A stretch of 64,000 bases of DNA. Origin: Thermodesulfobacteriota bacterium (GTDB taxonomy: Bacteria; Desulfobacterota; Desulfarculia; JACQYL01). Below the pieces are notes generated by a model. It saw only the letters and a program-made list of their open reading frames with translations. It was not told the origin of the DNA and did not search any database. This document shows, in pieces, positions 10,501 through 19,701 of this stretch (its first letter is position 1; each line of letters opens with the position of its first letter). The stretch covers positions 960,001 through 1,024,000 of the forward strand of contig CAXXLZ010000002.1 of assembly GCA_963675595.2 (NCBI GenBank), in the 5' to 3' direction. A program made the translations under genes and the position numbers.

Positions 10501-11200
10501 TCTTTGACCGGGCGCGACGAGCCTCGTCTTGGATCTGTTCCAAAGGTCTTTTGACAAGGCCTTCGGCGGGAATGGCAAGGATGATCCCGTTGATCGGAAG
10601 CTTCTTGCGATAGCGAGCCAAAAGTTTTAGAAATACGCTCCATTCGGACCGATCGGCTTCCTTGTTCACCTCCATGGTGTATCTACCCGCGGTATCCAAC
10701 ATGATAAAGCGGTCCGAGAACCACCAGTCGCAGTTTCTCGTTCCTCCCGTACCCTGAATCGGCTCTCCCATGGGAAATTCCGCACCGCTTTGACGGATGG
10801 CGGTGCTCTTTCCCGAAGCCGGCTCGCCCATGATGATGAACCAGGGCAGATAATACAGTGGGTCCTTCCTCCGCCCCACATGACTGGCCTTCAGCTTTTC
10901 AAGAGCCTCTTTCCATTGTTTTCTCAACTCTTCCACGGATCGCTGGGTCAGCAGATTGACGGAATCCAGCTCCCCTTGAGTGAGAGAGTCCAGCTCCCGT
11001 ATGAATTTCTTCGAACGGGTCACCTCCAGATAAAGGTGCACGAAATAGACGATCCCATACACCAGAATCAGCACCAAAAAGGACAGCACGGTTACGGGCC
11101 ATTCCGGCTGCAAGTTCCAGATGACAAAGGCGAGAATCAGGACGGTTGTGATAAAAGCCACCCAGAACAGATACTTGAACTTGAGCCATTGTTTGACCAT
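7538..11200 (-). CDS. tssM: T6SS membrane subunit TssM/IcmF
   Basis: LPWFIIMGEPASGKST Walker A, CDWWF, DTAGRY, PINGII and FRGFYLTSG motifs; N-terminal TM helices; 1220 aa. Confidence 0.95.
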   Translation of the reverse strand: MVKQWLKFKYLFWVAFITTVLILAFVIWNLQPEWPVTVLSFLVLILVYGIVYFVHLYLEVTRSKKFIRELDSLTQGELDSVNLLTQRSVEELRKQWKEALEKLKASHVGRRKDPLYYLPWFIIMGEPASGKSTAIRQSGAEFPMGEPIQGTGGTRNCDWWFSDRFIMLDTAGRYTMEVNKEADRSEWSVFLKLLARYRKKLPINGIILAIPAEGLVKRPLEQIQDEARRARSKIDQITQELGLRVPVFILVTKCDLINGFTEFFAGFPEEKHFEALGWTNDRMDLDAPDETFGGAFQTLMERFERYRISILEDSDTSVESIQPIFSFPDEFRQLQKPLSLWMESLFQSNPYFPSPFFRGFYLTSGHQVGTVVTSLLDKLGFPSRLKTFSPETRSKSYFLRDFFTRILVRDQNLASKSALRLTKERRSLRFLYGGACIGLLLLVAGMSASFFLNLNQVGGLKRSVGEFQKAQRVSGNIARLNHILYGIGRDIERLDEVSILHPARVFGFHADRAPASNMKSFYLHHFEEAVLNPTLNSLVAGFSARPGDTEERHLDYEEMILRLRAYGGYLQTVKVELTRRGVPLSRISEAEFDSNKASNVAPDLEASEESRSKTLDETKGAKYEPSAGSLSKGLKSNEHALTPNDYYWMTKLWQAKTRSVIQELKENLDLYLALQNSDRLKYQYYSRRDSIDNNSLSDLLNIEYFVGNMALSYDKSTISQFHEIWHPIIISNINEIPIAFSKSCFNEKVRSVVNSLIGLQASSELDDVIRSDLEDKAVPEFVGSYSSAYINTWYNHIKSINLDKDLLRSIDSEQLIHLISSGVYLEPLHRIIENTYVADLDSDEVWKGFAGELKKFEAIHKYQEIEGKYKSLVEVLVGRLSRIVGIPNQEVKFSKIKTVFFPQAEDEGVWQAGELSVMTNGFLSTIDNAELKTGLQNLLEFPILVQQVILVREASKHLQALWEASVHLRFAKDISGRFPFGRFEPSALTSCKEADMVSVINFFHPETGSVAGFLEEAFPFISLENCEVRNPSWLSVDGVMGPLSSEFLNQWCSISNYFFLPDGGKRKHTLVFETELPKALSRGVDERKDLFVTSNSLEIRCDPEKHGVLRYFNGPKAKKGWLWELGSCERAGIEARYSTKRGRKDDVGMGFTGHWSLLKLLRAGEESSLNLINWHIPVNENRNRGGETEIVVPYHLRASAGEDPRSVPFQTISCPSTLSE

Positions 11201-11215
11201 GAGCTTCTCTCTTCC

Positions 11216-11881
11216 CTATAGGCTGATCGATGCGAGAAAAGATTCCATTTGCCGACGAAGCAGGAATGAATAGGTAAAATACAGAACGAGCAACAGAACG
11301 ATTGGAATGCCTACCCACAGAGGAGAAGGGCGAGACACGATGGGCCCGGCTTCCTCCCGGAGGTTGGTATCATAAGCGGCGGGAGAAATGTGTTCCTGGG
11401 CGATTGGGTTGAGGTGGGACGTGCGATGCAGCAGCTCTGATTTCAGTTTGCCGATGGCCTCCGGCCGAGATTGATACTTGCCGAGAAATCCGAGAGACAG
11501 GCAAGTGTAATAGATCTCGCAAAGGTCTTGATTGCCTTCACCGATCGCTTCCAGCCTGCGATAGAAATCCACACCTGCGGTATGAGTTCCGAAGTAGTAG
11601 TTTTGAAGCAAATTCGCCTGCCATTCTCGACGATACTCCCATTTGGAGTTCAGCACCACTTCGTCCATCAGCGCGGCCAAGGCAAATTGAGCGTTTTCCA
11701 TATCATCGCCGGGAATTCCCAGCCGCGTGCCTTCCTTGCGTTGCTCGTCGAACATTCCTTCAACCTTGGTGCGCAACTCGTGATATTCCAGCCTATCCTC
11801 AGGATTCAAGGCTTTGAATGAAAGCACAACCTGGAAAAACTCGGATGCAAGCCCCATGAGCGATGACATACTTCCTCCCAA
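11216..11881 (-). CDS. tssL: T6SS TssL/DotU (no OmpA domain)
   Basis: FALAALMDEVVL, W...LQ..YFG..AG..FY and YYTCLSLGFLGKY motifs; C-terminal TM. Confidence 0.93.
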   Translation of the reverse strand: MGGSMSSLMGLASEFFQVVLSFKALNPEDRLEYHELRTKVEGMFDEQRKEGTRLGIPGDDMENAQFALAALMDEVVLNSKWEYRREWQANLLQNYYFGTHTAGVDFYRRLEAIGEGNQDLCEIYYTCLSLGFLGKYQSRPEAIGKLKSELLHRTSHLNPIAQEHISPAAYDTNLREEAGPIVSRPSPLWVGIPIVLLLVLYFTYSFLLRRQMESFLASISL

Positions 11882-11892
11882 CCCGGACGAGC

Positions 11893-13281
11893 TTATCGTG
11901 GGTTTCCCCTTTTAGCCACATGTTTTCCGGACAAAATGACATAGACCTCAAAGGTTATCCTTTGAGGAGAAATATCTGCGTAAACACACAAATTACCCGA
12001 TTTCCGAACGTCTTCCCAATGGGGATCCCCTGAATCCATCCTGAAATATTGCCTGTCCAGTTGTTTGGGTATCTCGCCGGGGGGCTCTGAGAGGTGGGTC
12101 ACGGGAACACCGGGCAACGCCCTGAAGATCAGCGACTCCATTTGGCTTCGACTGCTGATTTTCGCCTGATTCACAACCAGGTCTCGCGCTTCCTCTTCCG
12201 ACAAGCCGCCCCCCACGGCAAGGACGAAGGAATTCTCCGGAGCCAGCCATGAAGCATCCAAATCAATACAAAAGAAGTCTCCGTCGAAAACCAGGGTGGC
12301 CATGTCGTAAAAAGTGGGCACGCTCACGTCGAGGAGGTTTCTGATCTTCTCCGACAAAGGCAGGAAGGAGGAGAAGAGGTTTTCGTGGTCGTAGTTTGGA
12401 ACGTCCCACGGCGTCTCCGCCATGGAGAAGGCGCACAGCCCACCGTAGAAACGACAAAGGTTCAAATAGAATTCGTAGGGATGCACGCCGCCGTCTTGAA
12501 CCATCACGCTCAGCTCGGGAATAGCGGAGCAGAGCGCAAAAAACAGCGACGTGCCGGCTCCTCCCTGCTTGCGATAGGTGCTTTCAATCAACGCACGATT
12601 CGACTGCTCTTCAGCGATCACTTTGGCTCTCGCTGTGACGAGATCCAGCAAGCGGCTGCAGAAGTCATGCAGGTAGGGAAAGGAGGAAATCCTGAGCGCC
12701 GGCGGAAAATAGTCTTGGGAAACGGCATAGGGTGGGTCTTTTCTTCCCGTGGATAGAATCTCCATCACCTTGACCGCTTCGAAAATCCCCAGCTCGGGCT
12801 TCTCCGTTGAAAAGAGGATGGAGCCCTGCAACTCGAGCGTTTCCACCTGGACAGTGTTTTCGCCGGTGTTCTGGTCCGGTATTTCAACGAGCTTGGGGTT
12901 GGTTCTCGGGGCGCCCTGCGACGTTTGCCCGGCGGCCACATTCGCTTGTTTCGATCCATGGCGGCGAACGCCGACGTACACACCCAAAGGCTCGCCCGGT
13001 TGAATCAAGTTCTTGAACTCACGGCGTTCGAGGCGGCCTCCCCCGGGATACCTGAAAAGGGTCCCACCGGGGAGAATCAGTTCGCACTTGTTGAATTCGA
13101 CCGCCATGTTTTCCAGAGCATCCTGGTCCAATTCAAGCCGGATCACACCCCATGCGTGCCGGTTGATCGACCTGAGCAGATCATCCGTTCTGGTTTCCTG
13201 ATATCTGTCAGACAATTGGAGATGATGAGGCCTAAGGAAAAGACCCTCTCGCCAGTATACACTATTAGACCATTCCGACAT
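11893..13281 (-). CDS. tssK: T6SS baseplate TssK
   Basis: VYWREGLFLRPHHLQLSDRY, HPYEFY..L and ALPGVP motifs. Confidence 0.95.
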   Translation of the reverse strand: MSEWSNSVYWREGLFLRPHHLQLSDRYQETRTDDLLRSINRHAWGVIRLELDQDALENMAVEFNKCELILPGGTLFRYPGGGRLERREFKNLIQPGEPLGVYVGVRRHGSKQANVAAGQTSQGAPRTNPKLVEIPDQNTGENTVQVETLELQGSILFSTEKPELGIFEAVKVMEILSTGRKDPPYAVSQDYFPPALRISSFPYLHDFCSRLLDLVTARAKVIAEEQSNRALIESTYRKQGGAGTSLFFALCSAIPELSVMVQDGGVHPYEFYLNLCRFYGGLCAFSMAETPWDVPNYDHENLFSSFLPLSEKIRNLLDVSVPTFYDMATLVFDGDFFCIDLDASWLAPENSFVLAVGGGLSEEEARDLVVNQAKISSRSQMESLIFRALPGVPVTHLSEPPGEIPKQLDRQYFRMDSGDPHWEDVRKSGNLCVYADISPQRITFEVYVILSGKHVAKRGNPR

Positions 13282-13388
13282 TATGGGTCGCTATGCCTCC
13301 AAGGATATAAGCGGACATTATATTTTCGGTTTAAAAATAGAAACATAAGCACAAGCTCTTACATAAACTACAAATCATGAACTTCCTG

Positions 13389-14600
13389 CTATTCCTTTTT
13401 TGAGCTCTGAATCTTCAGACCTTCAATGAAATAAGGTTCGATCACCTTCTTGTACCTATCGATTCCGGACCAGGAATGAAGTAGCTTTAAAACGTTCTTG
13501 TAGTTCGGTTTCATATTTGCAGGCATCCAGGATACGTTTTTTCCGGAACCTTCCGATTCCAATGCCGACAGCATGTTTTCGAGACCCTGTGTCGTGGAAA
13601 ACTGGTGAACTTCAAGGACTGCGGGGACCAGTGCTTTCAGTTGTTCCACGCTGGAAGCCAATTGTTCCTCGAAATCAGCGTCGTGAGCCGTCATCATGTC
13701 TTTGAACTTATGAAGCGGGGTTTTGATTCCCGCCGATTTGAGCAATTCAGCCCTTATGTTCGAAAGTTGGTCGAACAAGTCGACCAAAAGGTTCATAGCT
13801 CGGGCGAAAGACCCGGCCCGACGGTTCCACCCTTCTTCCACGGCCGTTCGTAATGCCGTGTCTTCATCCCCGAGATACGTGGAAAGAAAAGCCCTCAACA
13901 CGTCGAAACCCAAATCCCGACTCAAAGCCAGCTCCCGCTCCAACGCATCCACCCGGTCTTCCAGTCGAGCCCCCATCAGATCGGAATCACGTGGCTTCTC
14001 ATGCAACGGCTCTTGTGACGGCTCCGACGTCACCTGCTCGGCCTCTTCGGGATCAACCTTCATTTCAACCGGTGACAGGTCCGGAGGTTTCGAAGCAGTT
14101 TGAGGAGTCTCGGTCTCGGAGGCCCTCTCGGAAGCGGCAGGCTCCGGAAGCTTTGAGTCGGCTGACGTTTCCGGAACCGGCTCCGGCGATTCTTTCGGCA
14201 CATCCGAGGACTCGTTCCTTCCAGGACTCTCCCCGAGCACGAATTGCGGCTCGCTCTGCAACCGGTCAAGCAGATACTTGAGGCTTCTCTTGAGGGCGGC
14301 TTTGCGCGTTACGGGCCCCCGGCCCAACATGTCCATCAGCTCACTCCAAAGGAGAAGCGCCGGAGCCTCCAATGCTTCCGGGCTGATCGTGCCTTTCACC
14401 CCGGGCAGCAAAGGAAAGACCCTTTCCACGGCATCGGTCAAAGCCGCCGCAAAGGCCGTCCTGCTCGCATCGGACGCTGTTGCTTCCGCCAGGGAACATT
14501 CCGCCCAAAGCCGGTTCCCCAGCTGGTCCGCAAGTTGGAACACCATATCGCCGTTGGTATTCATAATTCTCCCGTCAACATATGCTGAAGGGCTCCCCAC
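13389..14600 (-). CDS. Hypothetical helical protein with a central Pro/Glu/Ser-rich linker
   Basis: 403-aa ORF co-oriented within the T6SS cluster; no family motif recognised; start uncertain. Confidence 0.65.
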   Translation of the reverse strand: MGSPSAYVDGRIMNTNGDMVFQLADQLGNRLWAECSLAEATASDASRTAFAAALTDAVERVFPLLPGVKGTISPEALEAPALLLWSELMDMLGRGPVTRKAALKRSLKYLLDRLQSEPQFVLGESPGRNESSDVPKESPEPVPETSADSKLPEPAASERASETETPQTASKPPDLSPVEMKVDPEEAEQVTSEPSQEPLHEKPRDSDLMGARLEDRVDALERELALSRDLGFDVLRAFLSTYLGDEDTALRTAVEEGWNRRAGSFARAMNLLVDLFDQLSNIRAELLKSAGIKTPLHKFKDMMTAHDADFEEQLASSVEQLKALVPAVLEVHQFSTTQGLENMLSALESEGSGKNVSWMPANMKPNYKNVLKLLHSWSGIDRYKKVIEPYFIEGLKIQSSKKE

Positions 14601-14606
14601 ATCGTG

Positions 14607-16259
14607 TCAGGGGATTTTCTCGAGTTCCCTGTTGATCGTTCCTTCGCCGCCCGCAACCACACGCAGATTGCCGCTCCATTCCCGGTGGCCCGGGAGCGAC
14701 AACCTGAGTTCATAGATCCCGGGTCTCAGGTTTAAATCAATGGGAGTAAGGCCCTTTACCTGCCCCGAAATGATTACTTGGGCTCCTTCCGGGCGAGACT
14801 TCACCAGAATTCGACCCCTTTCCTCCCCCATCCAAACATACCCAAGAGCCGCCAGGGTACCGACCAGCATCACCAGGCCGGCACAGATCCCAAATCTGAG
14901 CCGCTTCAGTTTCTTTCCTTGGCCTGTAGCCATGCGCGTCTGTCTGAAATCATTTCGATGGCCTTCCGTGGATGCCCGGGGGATGGTCGGCATCTCAAAT
15001 TCCCGCCGGGAACTGCCGGGGCCACGCCGATCATTGGATTCATAGGAATTCGGCATGGATGCATCGCCGAAGATGCTGGTTTCAAACAGTGAAGGTTCTC
15101 TTGTATCCTCTCCCCCTACGAACTCGGCAAATCCGTGCAACCTGCGGGCCAGCCCCAAACGCAGCTTCCGAAAGCCTCTGGGAGGAACCGTCGGAGCCGG
15201 ATAGGCGGGCCGCGGCGAATACGGCGCCGGGGTCCCGAGTCCGGGGGCCGGCGGAGGGTCCCCAAGAAATCCTCCGACACCGACGGTAGCCTCCACGGGT
15301 TCCGACTCGTTCGAATCTCCCGCACCGGTAGGACGTACGGCAACAGGCCCTTCAGGTTCGGTTCGTTCCGAAAGGGCTCCATCCCCTCTCGCAGGGCTCA
15401 GCGACTCGCCCAATCTCCGGGGAACGTCTTCCGCATAGGCACAGGATGCGCACGCATGAAGATCCGCCAGGAAATCGGACGGGATTGCGTAGCGCTTGGC
15501 GGGATCGCGGTTGAGCAGTTTCGAAATCATGCTCCGGATTTCGGGGCTGCAATCAAGGTTCTCCAGTTCGGAAGCGTAATCCTGGTCCAGAATCATGACG
15601 TAGGCGTCGGTCGGGCGCATTGGGTTGAACAAAGGCTTTCCGGATAGAATCTCGTACCAGATCAAGCCCAAGGCAAACAGGTCCGATCGGACCGTAGTGG
15701 CTTCCCCCCTCATCTGTTCCGGCGAATAGTATTGAAAGTCGCTCGCATCGATGCGGGTCTGGAGTACGCGCGTCACGGCAAGCACTTTGCCGATGCCCCA
15801 AGAGCGCACTCTGATTTCCCCACCCGGACCCACCAGTATATTTTGAGGGCTGAGCTCCCCGTGTACCGCCAGGGCATCACACTCATAGGCCTGCGCCAAA
15901 GCCGATGCCGCTTCATGAACAACGACATTGCCCCATTCTTCGGGGAGATCCGGCAAAGCGGGTCTCTTTTCAAAAATCCAGGCCAAGGAGTTGGCTTCAT
16001 GGTGCTCCGTGACCACGTATTTTCCTTCGTCGCAATCCCCGAATTCCAGAATCGATACGAGGTTTGGGCCTTTAAGCGATGCCGCCCTGTGCATTTCCGT
16101 GTCAAAGGATCGTTCAAACCGGGGTCCTAAGTGCTCGGAACCGTGGATCAAAAGCAGTTCCAAATCCGTTCGGCCGCTCCGATCGTCCCGAGCCAGGAAC
16201 AGGGAGACCAAGTCCGATTCTTCCAACGTTAAATAGGTCTCAAAATGAGGAAAACGCAT
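14607..16259 (-). CDS. Ser/Thr pseudokinase with Pro-rich linker, TM helix and PEGA domain
   Basis: VHGELSPQNILV in place of HRD, SWGIG in place of DFG, with YYSPEQ and SDLFALG retained; PEGA VKSRPEGAQVIISGQVKGLTP. Confidence 0.85.
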   Translation of the reverse strand: MRFPHFETYLTLEESDLVSLFLARDDRSGRTDLELLLIHGSEHLGPRFERSFDTEMHRAASLKGPNLVSILEFGDCDEGKYVVTEHHEANSLAWIFEKRPALPDLPEEWGNVVVHEAASALAQAYECDALAVHGELSPQNILVGPGGEIRVRSWGIGKVLAVTRVLQTRIDASDFQYYSPEQMRGEATTVRSDLFALGLIWYEILSGKPLFNPMRPTDAYVMILDQDYASELENLDCSPEIRSMISKLLNRDPAKRYAIPSDFLADLHACASCAYAEDVPRRLGESLSPARGDGALSERTEPEGPVAVRPTGAGDSNESEPVEATVGVGGFLGDPPPAPGLGTPAPYSPRPAYPAPTVPPRGFRKLRLGLARRLHGFAEFVGGEDTREPSLFETSIFGDASMPNSYESNDRRGPGSSRREFEMPTIPRASTEGHRNDFRQTRMATGQGKKLKRLRFGICAGLVMLVGTLAALGYVWMGEERGRILVKSRPEGAQVIISGQVKGLTPIDLNLRPGIYELRLSLPGHREWSGNLRVVAGGEGTINRELEKIP

Positions 16260-16351
16260 TTTACCTACCGTAAAACTCCTGAACAGATTAAGGGATCGCG
16301 TGCTGCGGGTTTGAATACAAAATCACCGGGATCAAGTGCCCCTTTCGGTTC

Positions 16352-16705
16352 CTACTCAATGGTCCTGAAGAGCAATCCAAATGAGGCGTCCAGAGTCCCC
16401 GAGGGCAGCAACGAAGCGACCGTCCCGCTCTGGGAATCCGCCGCGTTCAAGGTGAAGCTGTACCCTCCGTTCAAGATATCGCCCGAGGACACCCCGTCCG
16501 AGTAGTCGGGATCCAGAAACGCGGTGAGTGTGCCTCCGGCGGCCACCACCGCCACGGAAGACCCGGTGACGTATTTCTGAAAATAGAATTTTTCGCCCGT
16601 GGTCGGGCCCGACCAGATGCCATTGGCCGGAGATCCGACCGTTCCTTCAACGGCTTCAAACAACAAGGCCTTCCTACACAGATATTTGAGATACACATAA
16701 ATCAT
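16352..16705 (-). CDS. Hypothetical Gly/Ser/Thr-rich beta protein, possibly a fragment
   Basis: 117-aa ORF starting directly after the barrel gene's stop; no signal peptide. Confidence 0.4.
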   Translation of the reverse strand: MIYVYLKYLCRKALLFEAVEGTVGSPANGIWSGPTTGEKFYFQKYVTGSSVAVVAAGGTLTAFLDPDYSDGVSSGDILNGGYSFTLNAADSQSGTVASLLPSGTLDASFGLLFRTIE

Positions 16706-17491
16706 CTAAAAAGAATAATAGAAACTCAGTACAAGTCCCTTGAATTCTTCAGTGGGAACATTAAAGTTAACTGTTTCTTCGGAAGTATGGATAGAGACCG
16801 GATCATGGTCTGAGAACAGAAGCCGCTGGTATCTGTAGCTGAGAAGTGCGGATAGGTTTCCAAATAATTGTATTCCTATACCGGGTTCCAGGGAAAAGCC
16901 GTTGATACCATGAACCTTGAAATCGTATCCATCAAATTTGTATTCTACACTGTCAATACTGTATGAGGCCTCCAGCAGATAGATATAGGCTGCGGACAAG
17001 GAAAAAAACACTGGATTGTCCGATACGGAAAACAGGGGGACGGCGGCGCTGGCACCTAGGGTCAGTCCTTCATAGTTCCAGTCATACGGGCTTGTTAAGT
17101 CATGCTGGGCATCAGATATCGTACCATCCTGAAGGACCCACTTGTATCCCAAAAAAAATGCAAAATTGGATAAATTATATCCAAACAGGACATCGATCTC
17201 CTTTCGATCCAGCTCGTCGGAATAATCCGAAGTATCTACCACCTCGAAGTCACTCACGCTTGCCGCATACGAACCGACAAGAAAAAAATCTTTGTAAGAT
17301 CCTCTTAGAATAGGATTTAGCATAAATCCTCCGTCTCCAGAGCTTCCGGAGGAATTGCTCAGTCTTTTCTCCGCATACATGGTCTTCATACCAAGTGAAA
17401 CACTCCAATCTTTGGTCTCTTGTGCAAACGCGGAAATGGAAACAAACATGGAACACAAAACCAATACGATCACCAAGCTTCTGAATTTCAT
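16706..17491 (-). CDS. Outer-membrane beta-barrel protein
   Basis: Signal peptide MKFRSLVIVLVLCSMFVSISAFA (ATG 17491), amphipathic beta strands, C-terminal LVLSFYYSF. Confidence 0.75.
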   Translation of the reverse strand: MKFRSLVIVLVLCSMFVSISAFAQETKDWSVSLGMKTMYAEKRLSNSSGSSGDGGFMLNPILRGSYKDFFLVGSYAASVSDFEVVDTSDYSDELDRKEIDVLFGYNLSNFAFFLGYKWVLQDGTISDAQHDLTSPYDWNYEGLTLGASAAVPLFSVSDNPVFFSLSAAYIYLLEASYSIDSVEYKFDGYDFKVHGINGFSLEPGIGIQLFGNLSALLSYRYQRLLFSDHDPVSIHTSEETVNFNVPTEEFKGLVLSFYYSF

Positions 17492-17659
17492 CCCTCTTTC
17501 TCCTCTACCTGTTGAATTACTGAAAACCGGTTGAACCAAACCATCCTTAATTGAGAATGACGTTCCACGTCGTCATATCAGGATGCAGATGTGCTGTTTC
17601 AGACTTTTGCCAAAACCCAATTTGACGCAGAATCCGGCTTTGTGACCCATTGCCGTTGT

Positions 17660-18379
17660 TTACGGTTTCAAGACCACCGCCCCGACAAAAGTCAGGTTAT
17701 CCTTGCTGCCCTGGGACAGGGCCAGGTCTTTGAGACTGCCCCAGAGGGTCTCAAAACATTTACCGCTCTCCGCCGACTCCAAGATTTGCGTTTCGGACAC
17801 ATGCCCGTGCAGGCCGTCGGTAGTCAGAATGAAAAGGTCCAGTGGCCGAGCTTCCAAATACCCGATTTCCGGCACGGCCGAATCCCCCCCCAAGAAACGA
17901 AGCAAAACATTGCGCATGGGGTGCGCCCTCGCTTCTTCAGGGGTGATCCTACCTTGCTGAAGCAGCCCCCCGGGCAGATTATGGTCTTCCGTCACCCGGA
18001 TAAGCCGCCGGTCTCTCAGAAGGCAAAGCCGCGAATCGCCGATATGACCGTACCAGGCCCCATTTTCGGTGAGCCACAGCAGGGTCAGAGTTGTCCCCAT
18101 GGTGTTGCCCAGGACCTCGCCTCTCGAACAAATCTGATCGTTCTTCTCCTTGAAGAACAATTCGATGGTCTCCGCCTCCCTTCCGGCCTCGGGGGTCCAT
18201 TGGTCGAGTCCCTCCACCGCCAGCGAGGCGGCGATCTCACCGGCAAGGTGACCGCCCATGCCGTCCGCCACCGCGAGCAGGGCCCCGGCGTCCCTCACCG
18301 AAACATACCATCTGTCTTCCTGGTTCCGACGGAAACCGCCCATATCCTGAGCGCCGAACACCTCAATGGTCATTTTCAA
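17660..18379 (-). CDS. PP2C-family Ser/Thr phosphatase (PppA/Stp1-like)
   Basis: RRNQED, VADGMGGH, HIGDSR, TDGL and DNLT motifs. Confidence 0.93.
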   Translation of the reverse strand: MKMTIEVFGAQDMGGFRRNQEDRWYVSVRDAGALLAVADGMGGHLAGEIAASLAVEGLDQWTPEAGREAETIELFFKEKNDQICSRGEVLGNTMGTTLTLLWLTENGAWYGHIGDSRLCLLRDRRLIRVTEDHNLPGGLLQQGRITPEEARAHPMRNVLLRFLGGDSAVPEIGYLEARPLDLFILTTDGLHGHVSETQILESAESGKCFETLWGSLKDLALSQGSKDNLTFVGAVVLKP

Positions 18380-18385
18380 ACCTTA

Positions 18386-18511
18386 GCAGGCCGGGGAAAA
18401 ACGCGATCTGCTTCGCTGCGCTTCAGCCCTCGTCATTGCGGCGTACTTCTATGTACGCCTTGTCCCTCTGGATTCGCACGCTTTGCATCTCATCCTTTTT
18501 CACCAGTCTGC
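18386..18511 (-). repeat. ~125-bp palindromic MITE/REP-like element, copy 1
   Basis: Imperfect inverted ends (GCAGGCCGG...CCAGTCTGC) and internal hairpin GGCGTAC..GTACGCC; its reverse complement aligns with 44184-44306. Confidence 0.7.
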
Positions 18512-18614
18512 GGCAATCGGATTTTTCAAACGGGCTTTTAAGGGCATTGCCTCCGCCGAACTCCCAAACGCCGGCTCAGAACCGACTTCCCGCGCCACCG
18601 GACTCCCTTTCGCC

Positions 18615-18914
18615 CTACCCGCCGATGATCACCGTGGGGCACCCTACAGTGATGACGCCTCCATGGGCCGTCATATCCCCCACGCGCGCCGCCGGAACAC
18701 CGCATATGGTCACCGTGGCGGAACCCTGGACGATCACGTCCGGCGGCCCCACACAGAGGGCCATGTCCCCCACCCGAGCCGCCGGTTGCCCCCCGATCAG
18801 GACGGTTGGAGCACAGGGGCCCGTAATGGGTCCGCCCACATGGGGCACCGGAGGCACTCCGGGGGTCACGGCGGGGCAGGCATGCATATCTCCCAGTCTG
18901 GCTGCAGGCGGCAT
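18615..18914 (-). CDS. PAAR domain spike-tip protein
   Basis: MPPAARLGD, PAARVGD and PAARVGD; start placed at ATG 18914. Confidence 0.95.
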   Translation of the reverse strand: MPPAARLGDMHACPAVTPGVPPVPHVGGPITGPCAPTVLIGGQPAARVGDMALCVGPPDVIVQGSATVTICGVPAARVGDMTAHGGVITVGCPTVIIGG

Positions 18915-19018
18915 GTTAATCTCCCATCTTGAGCCAAGCTTTTCGCAAAGCGGCTGTCGGAGCCACCTGTCCCAATCCAACGGCCCAAGCCTCCCGAAAG
19001 GGAGGCTCTTGATATCTG

Positions 19019-19555
19019 TTACGACTGAACCTCATCTTGAAATTTCACCGTTTCCGGCCGGACTTTTATTCTTACAACCACTGTCTTGGCCAACTTGTCG
19101 TGCCAGCCCTGCCGTCTCTTATTAATTGCAATGGTTATAAAACCTATTCCTAGCGCCAAAAACGACAGAAAATACGCTAAATACCTTCCAATGAATTGCA
19201 TTAAAGACGGTTTTTTACCGGTACGAGCATCCACGATTTTCAAATTCAACACCATTTTTCCCGGATTGGCGGACCAAATCACCCAACAAACGATCGTTCC
19301 AACAGCGGGAAATAGGTAACTGATTAAGAAATCAATCGGATCTCTAACAAATGGCTGCGGGTCACTAAATGACTCGATCGGACCATAAATTGCATAACTG
19401 ATCGAACCTGTAATAAGCAAAATCAACACTATATCAATGCATTCGGCCAATAAACGGATCCAGAACCCGGCATATTCAAGTTCGGAGGATACGGCATCCC
19501 TTTCGGGGGAAGAGTCCATTGTTTCGACGCTCAATTCATTTGCCTGCTCAACCAT
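19019..19555 (-). CDS. RDD family membrane protein
   Basis: YAGFWIRLLAECID, PGKMVLNLKIV and QGWHDKLAKTVVV motifs. Confidence 0.9.
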   Translation of the reverse strand: MVEQANELSVETMDSSPERDAVSSELEYAGFWIRLLAECIDIVLILLITGSISYAIYGPIESFSDPQPFVRDPIDFLISYLFPAVGTIVCWVIWSANPGKMVLNLKIVDARTGKKPSLMQFIGRYLAYFLSFLALGIGFITIAINKRRQGWHDKLAKTVVVRIKVRPETVKFQDEVQS

Positions 19556-19701
19556 AGCTTAGGGCTCCTTTCTAAAGCTCTCGCAATTAAAGGAAAAAGA
19601 CTCAACTTGTTCATGAACAATAAACCCGGACGGTCTTCTATTTCCTGATGGTCTTTCAACAAACTTCAAAACCTCGAAGTTTGGAACTCAGATTCTCCAC
19701 C

